NCBI GenBank assembly: GCA_965223845.1
Contig: CBDCXR010000004.1
Location: forward strand, 6,592,001-6,656,000
Direction: 5' to 3'
Length of the DNA: 64,000 nt
DNA from: Planctomycetota bacterium
GTDB taxonomy: Bacteria; Planctomycetota; UBA8108; SXIK01
The translations under genes were made by a program, and so were the position numbers. The notes under the pieces are model-generated. The model searched no databases, was not told the origin of the DNA, and saw nothing but the letters and a program-made list of their open reading frames with translations. Shown here in pieces: positions 29,232 to 38,404 of the stretch (the stretch's first letter is position 1; the number at the start of each line of letters is the position of its first letter).

Positions 29232-29810
29232 CTTAGCCGCCCGTTGAGAAGTTCAATCGGCAGAGAACAAAGCGAGTTCAGGCTCGGCTCGTCCGCGGCG
29301 GTCCCCGGGAACCACGGAGAACGCTCGGGCGCCGCGGCCGATCGGAATACCGGCGAGCTGTGCTCGACTCGAAGCGCGATTTCAACAGGCTGCCGACGGC
29401 AAGGTTCAATTCCATCGACTCCTATCGAGGGTGGCTGGCGCGGACATCGGACGCGCCAGCAACCCGTTCTCCACCCGCTCGCACCTTCCCCTCTCAAGCT
29501 GCTCGACTCGCGCCCGAATGCGCGACCGCCCCTTCAGAGCTTTCGAGATTCCCCTGTACCTACGGGCCATTCGGTGACGCTTTCTCTCTACCCCAACCTG
29601 GCAAGAAACAGAGTGCGAGAACGGCGACGAGTGCGTTGTCGGCGGCGCTTCTTGGCTGCTGCGCCAAGTGGTGTGCAGTCAGCAGTCCGTGAGTGTCGGC
29701 AGAGTGGCGGCGTTCTGAGCGTTCGGTTCGCGTTGATCGCGATGCTGCGAGCGCTTCGAACGTCCCTAGGCTCCCGGCCGTTTTTTTCATGGGCACATCA
29801 TGACCATCTC

Positions 29811-32435
29811 GTGAGGATCGCCCTCGTTTCTTTCGCAATCGCTGGTCTCGCGTTCGCACAGGAAACGGGAGGGGGGACGGACTACGGCGACGTCCAGACC
29901 TTCACGCTCGAAGAACGGCTGATCGAGCAGGAAGCCTCCGACCGCCAGATGATGCTCGACCGTCGCGAGGCGGCCGAGATCGGCGACCGCATCGGCCGGC
30001 AGGCGATGAGTCGCGACCCGGCGGGAGACGTCGCAACGGTGAGTCGACGATCCCCCGCGGTCACGGTGAAGGGCGGAAAGTTCGTCTTCATCCGCGGACT
30101 CGGCGAGCGTTACAGCCAGACGCTCCTCAATCGCGCAAACATTCCTTCGCCCGAGCCGGACAAGCGCGTCGTCCCGCTCGATCTCTTCCCGACGAGCCTC
30201 ATCGAGTCGGTCAACATTGCGCGCTCGTATTCGCCCGACATGCCCGGCGAGTTTTCCGGGGGAAGCGTGCAGATCAAGACGATCGACGTTCCGCTAGAAG
30301 CGTTCTTCCGACTGAGTCTCGGCGTCAAGTACCGTGACGGCACGACGCTCGAAGACTTCGAGACTTACGACGGCGGCCGGTACGACTACTTCGGCTTCGA
30401 CGACGGCACGCGTGATCTCCCGAGCGAGGTGCCGGGCGAAGAGGTGCGCGAGACCTTCGACGATCGCGGGTTCTCTCCCGAAGAGGTGCAGCGCATCGGT
30501 CGTTCGTTCAAAAACGTGTGGGAGTCGCGCCCGATCGCAGCGCTGCCCGAGCACAAGCTGAGTCTCTCCTTTGGTCGGCGCTTCGGCGAGCCCGGTGGCG
30601 GACAGCTCGGGATCGTCGGGGCGCTCAACTGGGGAAACAAGTACCAGACGATCGAGGACGAGACGTTTCGGATCCTCAAGAACAACGGCTCGATTGCCTC
30701 GCCGAACATCCGTGTGTTCAACGACTTCGATCTGAATTCCTACAAGTTCGAGGCCGAAGTCTCCGGGGTTCTCAACCTCGTCTACGAGATCAATCCGGCG
30801 CAGAAGGTAGGCGTCCGAAATCTCTTTACTCGCGTCGCCGAAGACCGAGTTCGCACGCAGAGCGGAATCGACGGACAGCAGGACCGCGCGATCGAGGTGA
30901 CGCAGCTTCGCTACGTCGAGCGGACCCTCTGGTTCACGCAGGCCTTCGGGGAACACCTCCTCGAGGGTGACACCTTTCTCGATTGGCGGCTCAGCTATTC
31001 GCTCTCGCAGCGTGACGAGCCCGACAATCGCCAGGTCCGCTACGACTTCCAGGACTTCGATCAGGATTTTGTGCTCGAGAACGTCTCCGGGAGTGGACGG
31101 CGCGATTACTACCTGCTCGACGAGAATATCTACGACGGCGGTATCGACTACGCGATCCCCTTCGCCCCGTTCGTGAAGACGGATCCCGACCCCGATCGAC
31201 TCCGGCCGAAGCAGAAGATCCAGCTCGGCCTCGCCGCAACCCTGCGCGATCGTGACTTCGACGCGCGGCGATTCCGCTTTGTTCCGCGGGGATCTCCCGT
31301 GGACGAGTTCGGGAATCGCATCGATCTCACTGCGCCCCCGGAGGAGATCTTCCAACCGGAGAACATCCACACCGATGGCTTCGTCCTCGACGAGAAAACG
31401 CGCAGCACCGACAACTACGAGGCGGAGCAAACGCTGCTCGCCGGCTATCTCTTCACCGATGTTCTCCTCCTCAAGGAGAAGCCTGCCGTCGAGACGCTGA
31501 GACTTCAGCTCGGCGGACGGATCGAGAACTCCGATCAGGAAGTGACGACGTTTCGCCTCTTCGGCGAAAACCCCGAAGAGGTCGAGGCGAAGATCGACAA
31601 GACCGATTTTCTGCCGGCGCTCAACCTGACGTGGGAGTTCGTGAAAGCGATGCAGGTGCGCTTGAGCGCGAGTCGAACCGTCAGCCGGCCGGAGTTTCGC
31701 GAGCTGGCGGAGTTCGAGTTCACCGACGTCGCCCAAGGATTCAAGGCCCGCGGAAATCCCGACCTGAAGCGAGGGCGGCTCTGGAACTTCGATCTCCGCT
31801 GGGAGTGGTTTCCCGCTCCCGCGGACGTCGTGTCCGTCGGTGTTTTCTACAAGCTGTTCGAGGATCCGATCGAAGAGGTGATCATCCCGACCGGGTCGAG
31901 CCTGCTGAAGAGCTGGGACAACGCCGACTCGGCGGATCTCTGGGGAGTCGAGTTCGAGGTCCGGAAGAACCTCGGCTTCCTCGGCGAATGGACGGACGGT
32001 CCGCAGAGCGAGACGTTCCTCCGCGACTTCAGTCTCCTCTTCAACTACGCGCTGATCGACTCCGAAGTGAAGCTCACTTCCGAGCAGGACGCGATCCTCA
32101 CCAACGGCAGCCGCGAGCTGCAGGGACAACCCGAGTTCACGCTGAACACGGGACTCCTCTACGACTCGACGGACCTCGGTCTCACCGTCGCCGTGCTCGC
32201 GAACACCTTCGGGGAGCGGATCTCCGCGGTCGGCGCCTTCGGGCTGCCCGACGAGAAGGAGGAGTCACGCTGGTCGCTCGACGTTTCGATTGCGAAGAAG
32301 TTTGGCCGGAGCACGGTGAAGCTCACCGCACAGAACATTCTCGACGACAAGTTCAGCTTCAAGCAGGGAAGCATTACGACGCGAGAGTTCCGCCGCGGGT
32401 TTTCGATCGGTCTGTCGTACAGCGTGTCGTTCTGA
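29811..32435 (+). CDS. TonB-dependent outer-membrane receptor
   Basis: GTG 29811 (alternative ATG 29742) gives signal MRIALVSFAIAGLAFA; plug IRGLGERYSQTLLN...VPLDLFP...GGSVQI; barrel motifs SRPEFREL and GNPDLK; C-terminal Phe (YSVSF). Confidence 0.93.
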   Translation: MRIALVSFAIAGLAFAQETGGGTDYGDVQTFTLEERLIEQEASDRQMMLDRREAAEIGDRIGRQAMSRDPAGDVATVSRRSPAVTVKGGKFVFIRGLGERYSQTLLNRANIPSPEPDKRVVPLDLFPTSLIESVNIARSYSPDMPGEFSGGSVQIKTIDVPLEAFFRLSLGVKYRDGTTLEDFETYDGGRYDYFGFDDGTRDLPSEVPGEEVRETFDDRGFSPEEVQRIGRSFKNVWESRPIAALPEHKLSLSFGRRFGEPGGGQLGIVGALNWGNKYQTIEDETFRILKNNGSIASPNIRVFNDFDLNSYKFEAEVSGVLNLVYEINPAQKVGVRNLFTRVAEDRVRTQSGIDGQQDRAIEVTQLRYVERTLWFTQAFGEHLLEGDTFLDWRLSYSLSQRDEPDNRQVRYDFQDFDQDFVLENVSGSGRRDYYLLDENIYDGGIDYAIPFAPFVKTDPDPDRLRPKQKIQLGLAATLRDRDFDARRFRFVPRGSPVDEFGNRIDLTAPPEEIFQPENIHTDGFVLDEKTRSTDNYEAEQTLLAGYLFTDVLLLKEKPAVETLRLQLGGRIENSDQEVTTFRLFGENPEEVEAKIDKTDFLPALNLTWEFVKAMQVRLSASRTVSRPEFRELAEFEFTDVAQGFKARGNPDLKRGRLWNFDLRWEWFPAPADVVSVGVFYKLFEDPIEEVIIPTGSSLLKSWDNADSADLWGVEFEVRKNLGFLGEWTDGPQSETFLRDFSLLFNYALIDSEVKLTSEQDAILTNGSRELQGQPEFTLNTGLLYDSTDLGLTVAVLANTFGERISAVGAFGLPDEKEESRWSLDVSIAKKFGRSTVKLTAQNILDDKFSFKQGSITTREFRRGFSIGLSYSVSF

Positions 32436-32469
32436 GGGAGTTTGGGTGCACAGGAAGAGAGCCGAGACG

Positions 32470-33141
32470 ATGAATGCGCAGCGAGTGAAGAGGGTTCGGA
32501 TCTTGGTGCCTTGCGCGGTCGCGATCGCCCTGTACGTCGCGAGCTGCGAGCGGCCGTCGAGCGTCGCGGAGCTGTCCGCTCCGGGATCTTCCGCGGCGAC
32601 TGCTTCCCCGGTGGGGGCTCCGTCCCCGAACCGAGACGAGGCGGACGCCCTTCCAGTTCCAGCGACCGCGGCTGCCAGCGCCGAAGAGGAGAGCGCCGGG
32701 CTGCCGCGTTCGATCTCCGGTGGAGAAGACTCGCGTGACGATCTCGCTCGAGCGGCTCTCGACGCTCTCGCGAGACGCGACGCCGACGCACTCCACGCGC
32801 TCCGCATAAATCGCGCGGAGTACGAGCACATCCTCTGGCCCGAGTTCGAGAAGACGCAGTCGGAGCGGAGCACGCTCAAGTGGGATTTCCACTGGATGCT
32901 TCTCGACTCCAAGAGCAACGCCGGAGTGCGCGATTCGCTCTCCGATTTCGGCGGACAGCCGCTCGAGCTCCTCGAGGTGATTCCGACGCAGGGAATCCGG
33001 GAGTACGACGGATTTCGTGTGCACCGCAAAGTAGAGCTTCGCGTTCGGCGTACGACCGACGGACACGAAGAGCAGATCCGCGCGTTCGGATCGGTGATCG
33101 AGCAGGACGGCCGGTTCAAGATTCTCAGCTTTCCGAGCTGA
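32470..33141 (+). CDS. Hypothetical lipoprotein co-transcribed with the TBDT
   Basis: Lipobox-like LYVASC, low-complexity linker, compact C-terminal domain (EYEHILWPEF...FGSVIEQDGRFKILSF). Confidence 0.72.
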   Translation: MNAQRVKRVRILVPCAVAIALYVASCERPSSVAELSAPGSSAATASPVGAPSPNRDEADALPVPATAAASAEEESAGLPRSISGGEDSRDDLARAALDALARRDADALHALRINRAEYEHILWPEFEKTQSERSTLKWDFHWMLLDSKSNAGVRDSLSDFGGQPLELLEVIPTQGIREYDGFRVHRKVELRVRRTTDGHEEQIRAFGSVIEQDGRFKILSFPS

Positions 33142-33365
33142 GTTGAGATTCGATCGCCGCTCGGAGACCTAGGCCGGTTCTCTCGACCACTAGAACGAAG
33201 GCGGCGCCGACCGACGAGTCGCCGAGCGGTTTCCACGCGTCGTTCATAGAACGATGGTCAAAATCTCACTTTGCCTCTCGCGGCAGTTCGACGCAGGCAG
33301 TGGCGAAGCGCCGTCGCTTCGTTTTCGCGCGTGGCTTCGCCCGAACGAGTGCACTCGAACGATCC

Positions 33366-33415
33366 TTCACGATTCGTTTACGACAACGCGATCGTTTGAT
33401 CACGAAGTCGTCACG
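33366..33415 (+). promoter_or_regulatory. Putative Pho-box-like array 2
   Basis: TTCACG 33366, TTTACG 33377, one degenerate position, ATCACG 33399, GTCACG 33410; all in 11-bp phase upstream of the TonB/Exb operon. Confidence 0.7.
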
Positions 33416-33585
33416 CATCGATGGAAGCGTGCTCCGCGCCGTTCAACACAGATTCCCGCGGTCTTCTCCGCGCGTTTACGAGACCTGTCTATGATTCGTC
33501 ATCCATCGGGACGAGGCGACGAACCACACGCCGCTCGCGTTCCGAAGCGTCGGGGCGAATTCTTCGCTGGTTGAGTACGTACACC

Positions 33586-34509
33586 ATGACCTTCGAGTAC
33601 CGCGGGAGTTCGCGTCTTCTTGACCCGAATCGCCGCACCGGACGTACGGCAGCACTCTTCGTCTGCTCGGTGTTGTCCGCGAATCTACTCTCGGCTCAGA
33701 CTTCCGAGGGAGAGAACGAGTCACCGAACACGGAGTCTCCGTCCACCGCGGCGGCCGCCGATTCGATCGACTTTGGCGTCGCGAATGCGAAGCTACGAAC
33801 CGCACGCCGCGAGCTGCGCGATCTCGAGGACGAAGCGCTGAAGACGCGCCAGTCGCAGATCGAGCGCGAGCGGGAGCTCGTCGCCGAGGAGCGCCTCCTC
33901 GAGCGAAGCCTGAAACATCTCGAGAAGCTCGTCGCCGAGCGGGAAAAGAAGAAGGCCGAGATCGCCGCGAAGATCGCGGAGCGCGAGCAGCGGCTGCGGA
34001 CTCTCGGCGAGCGGGCGGCGCGCGTTCGCGCCGCGATCATCGAGTACCTCAGCGCCGTCGGCGAGAGTGTCGCGAGCGGAATCGAGTGGCAGAAGGAAGC
34101 GCGTCTTCGCTCGCTCGAGGAAACGAAGACGGCGGTGAAGAGCGAGTCCACGGAGCCCGCCGCCGCTCTCGCCTCCGCGGCGCGGATACAGAGCGAGCAG
34201 GAAGCGCTCGCGCGCTCGGTCGAAACGGGATCGATCAAGCTCGACATCGGCGGTGAGACGATCGCCGTGCACGCGTTTCATCTCGGCCTTCTCGCGGTCG
34301 TCTACGCGAGCGAGGACGGGAGCGTGGTCGGGTTCGCACCGGCGGGCGTGCCGCTCGAACGAGCTCGATCTCGCGACGTTGACGCCGATGCGGGCGCCGC
34401 GAACGGGTACCTCGTCGCCGTCGACATTCTCCGGCGCCGCCGGACTCCGGCCGTCGTCGACCTCGTCCTTCCCGCGCTCGATGCTTCGCCGGAAGCCGAG
34501 GAGGAATGA
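33586..34509 (+). CDS. DUF3450-like periplasmic coiled-coil protein (TtpB-like)
   Basis: Signal peptide ending LSA, long coiled coil, C-terminal FHLGLLAVVYAS...AVDILRRRRTPAVVDL; position first in the exbB/exbD/tonB operon. Confidence 0.75.
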   Translation: MTFEYRGSSRLLDPNRRTGRTAALFVCSVLSANLLSAQTSEGENESPNTESPSTAAAADSIDFGVANAKLRTARRELRDLEDEALKTRQSQIERERELVAEERLLERSLKHLEKLVAEREKKKAEIAAKIAEREQRLRTLGERAARVRAAIIEYLSAVGESVASGIEWQKEARLRSLEETKTAVKSESTEPAAALASAARIQSEQEALARSVETGSIKLDIGGETIAVHAFHLGLLAVVYASEDGSVVGFAPAGVPLERARSRDVDADAGAANGYLVAVDILRRRRTPAVVDLVLPALDASPEAEEE

Positions 34510-36401
34510 CCGTGCCTAGGAGCCTACGCGAAGACTTGGACTCGGCGAGACGATCGTCCTCTTTGTCGCGAGAACTCGACGGATTCTCTCGAGTCGCGCG
34601 CCGTTCGCTTAGCGATACCGTCCGAGTTGCGGCGTGTTTCTGCTTCGAATCGGTTCGGGCGCCGGCGAGGAAGGTTCGTCGACGGGAGTGGTCTCCGTCC
34701 CGCTGGGCACTGAGCCTCCTTGTGATCGCGCTCGGCTCTTCGGCCGACGCACAGGATCCCGCTCCGGTCGAAGTGCCCGTCGCTCCGAACGAGATCCGCG
34801 CCGCACTCGAACAGGCCGAGGCTCGCCTCGAGGAGCGGCGTCGCGAGTTCACCGAGGAGACGCAGAATCGGAACCGTGCGATCGCAGAGCGCCAGGCGAG
34901 CGTGTTCGAGCTCCAAGATCGCCAGCAGGCGCTGCGCGATCAGCTTCGTGCGCTCGATCGCGAGCTCGTCGACCTCGATGAGAAGTCGAGCGAAAGCGAA
35001 GCGGCGGTGAAGCAGAAGGAAACGGGGCTCGAGTCTCTCGCGAGCGAAGTCGAGTCGCAGCGATTCGATCTCGACGGGCGCATCCGTCATTCCCTTCTCG
35101 GTCTCGAGCAGCCGGAGCTCATCGAGCGCATCGACGCGCTCAAGCTGCGCGACGACGACGAGAGATCTCCGGAGGAGCGCGCGGAGGCGCTGCTCTCCGT
35201 CCACGCCGACGTGCTCGCTGCGGCTGACGCCATCGGGAAGATGGAGACCGAGGCTCGTCTGAGCGCGAAGGGGGGCGAGGTGAAGAACGTTCGCGCCCTT
35301 CGGCTCGGCCTTCTCGGGGGATTTTACTCCGACCCCGACGGCGGTGAATCCGGCTTCCTCACTCCGGACATCGAAGGCGAGCCGGGCTCGTTTGTCGGGC
35401 AATCGACCGGGCTCACGGCGGAGCAGAAGGCTCGCATCGCGATGTACATCGACGATCCGTCGGACGGCGGTGTTCTCCCGTTCGACGTCACCGGCGGGGC
35501 CGGCATCGCGATCCTTCAGAGCGAGGACACGCTCGCGCGCTGGTTCGAGGTGGGCGGAAAGTTCATGTATCCGCTCGTCGCCCTCGCGCTCATCGCGCTC
35601 GTGCTCAGCATCGAGCGCGGAATCTCGCTCGCGCTTCGGTCGGCCGGAATGAAACGTCGACTCCGTGCGGTGATCGCGCACGTCGAGGCCGGTCGGTTCG
35701 ACGCGGCGGAGGCGCTCGTCGACAAGTCGCGCGGCGCCGTGGGAAGTGTGTGTCGAGCGGCTCTCGTCCATCGCAGCCAGGGGCGCGCAGTGATGGAGGA
35801 TGCCGTTCAGGAAGCGCTTCTGCACCACGCCCCGAGTTTTCATTCTCGCCTCAGCTTCATCGCGCTCTGCGCTGCCATCGCTCCTCTCATGGGTCTCCTC
35901 GGTACCGTCACCGGAATGATCACGACCTTCAAGGCGGTCACGGTGTTCGGGACGAGCGATCCACGCTACATGGCCGGCGGAATCTCCGAGGCGCTGATCA
36001 CGACCCAGGGCGGACTCTACGTCGCGATCCCCGCGCTTCTTTTGCGCGGCGTGCTCGGAGCCGCGGCGGACGCGTCCGTCGGACGTCTCGAAGCGGGCGC
36101 GTTGTCGCTCGTGCGAGCGATCCTCGTCCGCACCGGGAAGTCCCCGGACGACGAACCGGAGGGCGACGGCGACGTTTCGACGGCGAGCGGTGCGGTCGAC
36201 TCAACTCTCGCCGGATCGACGGGTCGCTTCCTCGGCTCCGCCCAGGACCGAGAGGACGCCGAAGCCGAGGATCGCCTCTTCGCCGCGCTTGAGGGAATCG
36301 AGGACGTGGACGAGGTCGACGAAGTCGATCGCGCGTCGCCGCCGTTTAGGCGTCCGAGCGATCGCAGCGCGGAGATCGGCGGGGAGCTAGGTCATGAGTG
36401 A
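34506..36401 (+). CDS. Extended MotA/TolQ/ExbB proton-channel protein with large periplasmic domain (TtpC-like)
   Basis: Coiled-coil periplasmic region, then GGKFMYPL...APLMGLLGTVTGMITTF...AGGISEALITTQGGL; ATGA overlap with the upstream gene. Confidence 0.9.
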   Translation: MTVPRSLREDLDSARRSSSLSRELDGFSRVARRSLSDTVRVAACFCFESVRAPARKVRRREWSPSRWALSLLVIALGSSADAQDPAPVEVPVAPNEIRAALEQAEARLEERRREFTEETQNRNRAIAERQASVFELQDRQQALRDQLRALDRELVDLDEKSSESEAAVKQKETGLESLASEVESQRFDLDGRIRHSLLGLEQPELIERIDALKLRDDDERSPEERAEALLSVHADVLAAADAIGKMETEARLSAKGGEVKNVRALRLGLLGGFYSDPDGGESGFLTPDIEGEPGSFVGQSTGLTAEQKARIAMYIDDPSDGGVLPFDVTGGAGIAILQSEDTLARWFEVGGKFMYPLVALALIALVLSIERGISLALRSAGMKRRLRAVIAHVEAGRFDAAEALVDKSRGAVGSVCRAALVHRSQGRAVMEDAVQEALLHHAPSFHSRLSFIALCAAIAPLMGLLGTVTGMITTFKAVTVFGTSDPRYMAGGISEALITTQGGLYVAIPALLLRGVLGAAADASVGRLEAGALSLVRAILVRTGKSPDDEPEGDGDVSTASGAVDSTLAGSTGRFLGSAQDREDAEAEDRLFAALEGIEDVDEVDEVDRASPPFRRPSDRSAEIGGELGHE

Positions 36402-37086
36402 TCTCATCGAGAGCGCGCTCTCCATCATCCGTGAAGGAACGCTTCCCGTCATGCTGCCGCTCATCGCGTGCAGCATCGGGATCTGGATCCTCATCGTCGA
36501 ACGGAGCTGGTATCTCTTCGACACCGGTTTTTTGTTCTTCTGGCCACCCGCCCGACGGCGCGGGCTCGCCGTAAAGCGCGACGTCGCGCGCCGATTCGAC
36601 GCGTTCCTCGAGGAGCCAACGGAAGACCGGCGGGTTGAGCTCGTCACCGCGTGCGAACGCCACCGGAGCTCCTATCACAGCTTTCTCATCGACGCCCTCG
36701 GAAGAGCCTCCGGGCGCAGTGAACCGGCTGCGGATCTCCGACTGAAGACCGCGGTTCTCAGCGAAGAGCTCCACATGGAGCGCGGGCTCCGCATCCTGTC
36801 GACGCTCGCAAAGGTCGCTCCGCTGCTCGGTCTCCTCGGCACGGTCACCGGAATGATCAAAACATTCCAGATGATGATGGTGTCGACGTCGAACGATCCC
36901 CGGGCGCTCTCGGCCGGAATCTCCATCGCGCTCATCGCGACGGAGGTCGGGCTCGTCGTCTCGATGCCGGGAATCGTCGGCGTGAGCTGGCTCTCACGCC
37001 GAGCGCAGGTGATTCAGGAGGAGATCCGACTCGCCTCGATGCGAATCCTTCAGGCGATCACGCCGGAGAGGGGAGTTGTCTCATGA
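36394..37086 (+). CDS. exbB: MotA/TolQ/ExbB proton channel protein
   Basis: APLLGLLGTVTGMIKTF...SAGISIALIATEVGL. Confidence 0.92.
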   Translation: MSDLIESALSIIREGTLPVMLPLIACSIGIWILIVERSWYLFDTGFLFFWPPARRRGLAVKRDVARRFDAFLEEPTEDRRVELVTACERHRSSYHSFLIDALGRASGRSEPAADLRLKTAVLSEELHMERGLRILSTLAKVAPLLGLLGTVTGMIKTFQMMMVSTSNDPRALSAGISIALIATEVGLVVSMPGIVGVSWLSRRAQVIQEEIRLASMRILQAITPERGVVS

Positions 37087-37496
37087 TCGGCCTCAAGCGG
37101 CGATCGGCGCTCGAAGAGGCCGCGGTCGATATGGCGCCCCTTATCGACATGACCTTTCTCCTTCTCATCTTTTTTCTCGTCAACACGAACTTCATCAAAG
37201 AGACGGGGATCGAAGTGAAGCGCCCCGAAGCGACGTCCGGCGCCGCAAAGAAGGGCGATCTGATTCTCGTCGGAGTGAGCAGCGCGGGAACGATCCACAT
37301 GAACGGACGCCGCGTCGACTTGAGCGCTGTGCGCCCCACCGTCGCGCAGATGCGTCTCAAGACGCCGAACGCGCCGGTGATGGTGATCGCCGACGAAGCT
37401 GCGCGCGCGCAGACGATCGTCCGCGTGATCGACGAGTGCAAGCTCGCCGGCGCCGAAGAGATCAACTTCTCCACTCGCACTGGAGGCGAAGGATGA
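37083..37496 (+). CDS. exbD: Biopolymer transport protein ExbD/TolR
   Basis: DMAPLIDMTFLLLIFFLV with the conserved TM Asp; VIADEAA...VIDECKLAG. Confidence 0.95.
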   Translation: MIGLKRRSALEEAAVDMAPLIDMTFLLLIFFLVNTNFIKETGIEVKRPEATSGAAKKGDLILVGVSSAGTIHMNGRRVDLSAVRPTVAQMRLKTPNAPVMVIADEAARAQTIVRVIDECKLAGAEEINFSTRTGGEG

Positions 37497-38404
37497 ACTG
37501 GAACGTATTCAGCACTCTCGTGACCGCGGTACGCACGCAGCGACCGTCGGAGGCGCGCGGAAAGGAGTCGATCCCGGCGGCGCCTCCCTACGAAGCGATT
37601 CGAACGCGGCGCCGGTTTCCTTGGCTCGCCGCGGCGATCGGCGGGGGGATCTTCACGGCCCTCGTGTTTCTCTTTCTCGGCTCCCTGCAGCCGCCGGTGA
37701 ATAGCAGCGAGAGGCTCGAGCTTCCCCAAGTGCTCACCTTCGATCTCGAAGCGACGAAGGCTCGTAAGCCTCCGCCTCCCCCGCCGAAGCCGGAGAAGCA
37801 GAAGCCAAAGGAGCGAAAGCGTGTCCGGCCGAAGACCCAGACGAAGACCGTCGCGCGTACGACACGTTCGCTGTCGCCGCGACGGACGCGTTCGAGCGCG
37901 GCGCCGCGGATGCGCGCGGACATCGCTCGCGGGCTCGCCGGGATCTCGCTCTCGGCGGCGGGCTCGGGGCTGGGAGGCGGCGGGCTCGCGCTCGACCTTT
38001 CGGGCGAGGCGATGGACTTCGCGGCTGAGGCGGCGGACTTCCTTCAGTACCAGGAGCGCCGGCGCATGGCGAGAGAGCGTCAGTTCTCGCGTGAGCGAAC
38101 GGCGCGGCGATCGGCGTCGACCTCGGCACGCGCCGCGCGGCTCGAGCATCGCGCGCGGCCGGTCTACCCCTACGACGCGCGGAAGAACGAGATCGAGGGC
38201 TGGGTCGTCTTCGACATGCTCGTGGGGATCGACGGCGCCGTGGAGGAGTGCAAGGTGATCGACGGCTCGCCGCCGGGCGAGTTCGAGGACGCGATTCTCG
38301 CGATCGCTCCGCGCTGGCAGTTCTCGCCGGCGAAAGACGACACCGGTCGCCCCATCGAGGAGTGGGTGCGTTACCGCTACGAGTTCAAGCTGGAGGATGC
38401 CTGA
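37493..38404 (+). CDS. tonB: Energy transducer TonB
   Basis: ATG 37493 overlaps the exbD stop; TM anchor, Pro/Lys-rich linker PPPPPKPEKQKPK, C-terminal PVYPYDARKNEIEGWV...WQFSPAK. Confidence 0.92.
   Translation: MNWNVFSTLVTAVRTQRPSEARGKESIPAAPPYEAIRTRRRFPWLAAAIGGGIFTALVFLFLGSLQPPVNSSERLELPQVLTFDLEATKARKPPPPPPKPEKQKPKERKRVRPKTQTKTVARTTRSLSPRRTRSSAAPRMRADIARGLAGISLSAAGSGLGGGGLALDLSGEAMDFAAEAADFLQYQERRRMARERQFSRERTARRSASTSARAARLEHRARPVYPYDARKNEIEGWVVFDMLVGIDGAVEECKVIDGSPPGEFEDAILAIAPRWQFSPAKDDTGRPIEEWVRYRYEFKLEDA

Noticed and set aside
29395-29420. GGTTCAATTCC resembling a tRNA T-loop
   Set aside because: The T-stem pairs for only 2 bp, and no acceptor, D or anticodon arms can be built.
29244-29810. 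N-terminal extensions given by the ORF track for the TBDT (and similarly 5351, 19266, 25935, 33421, 37076, 38248, 43934, 52424, 61482)
   Set aside because: Downstream starts give proper signal peptides, SD sites or stop/start overlaps; the extensions look non-coding.
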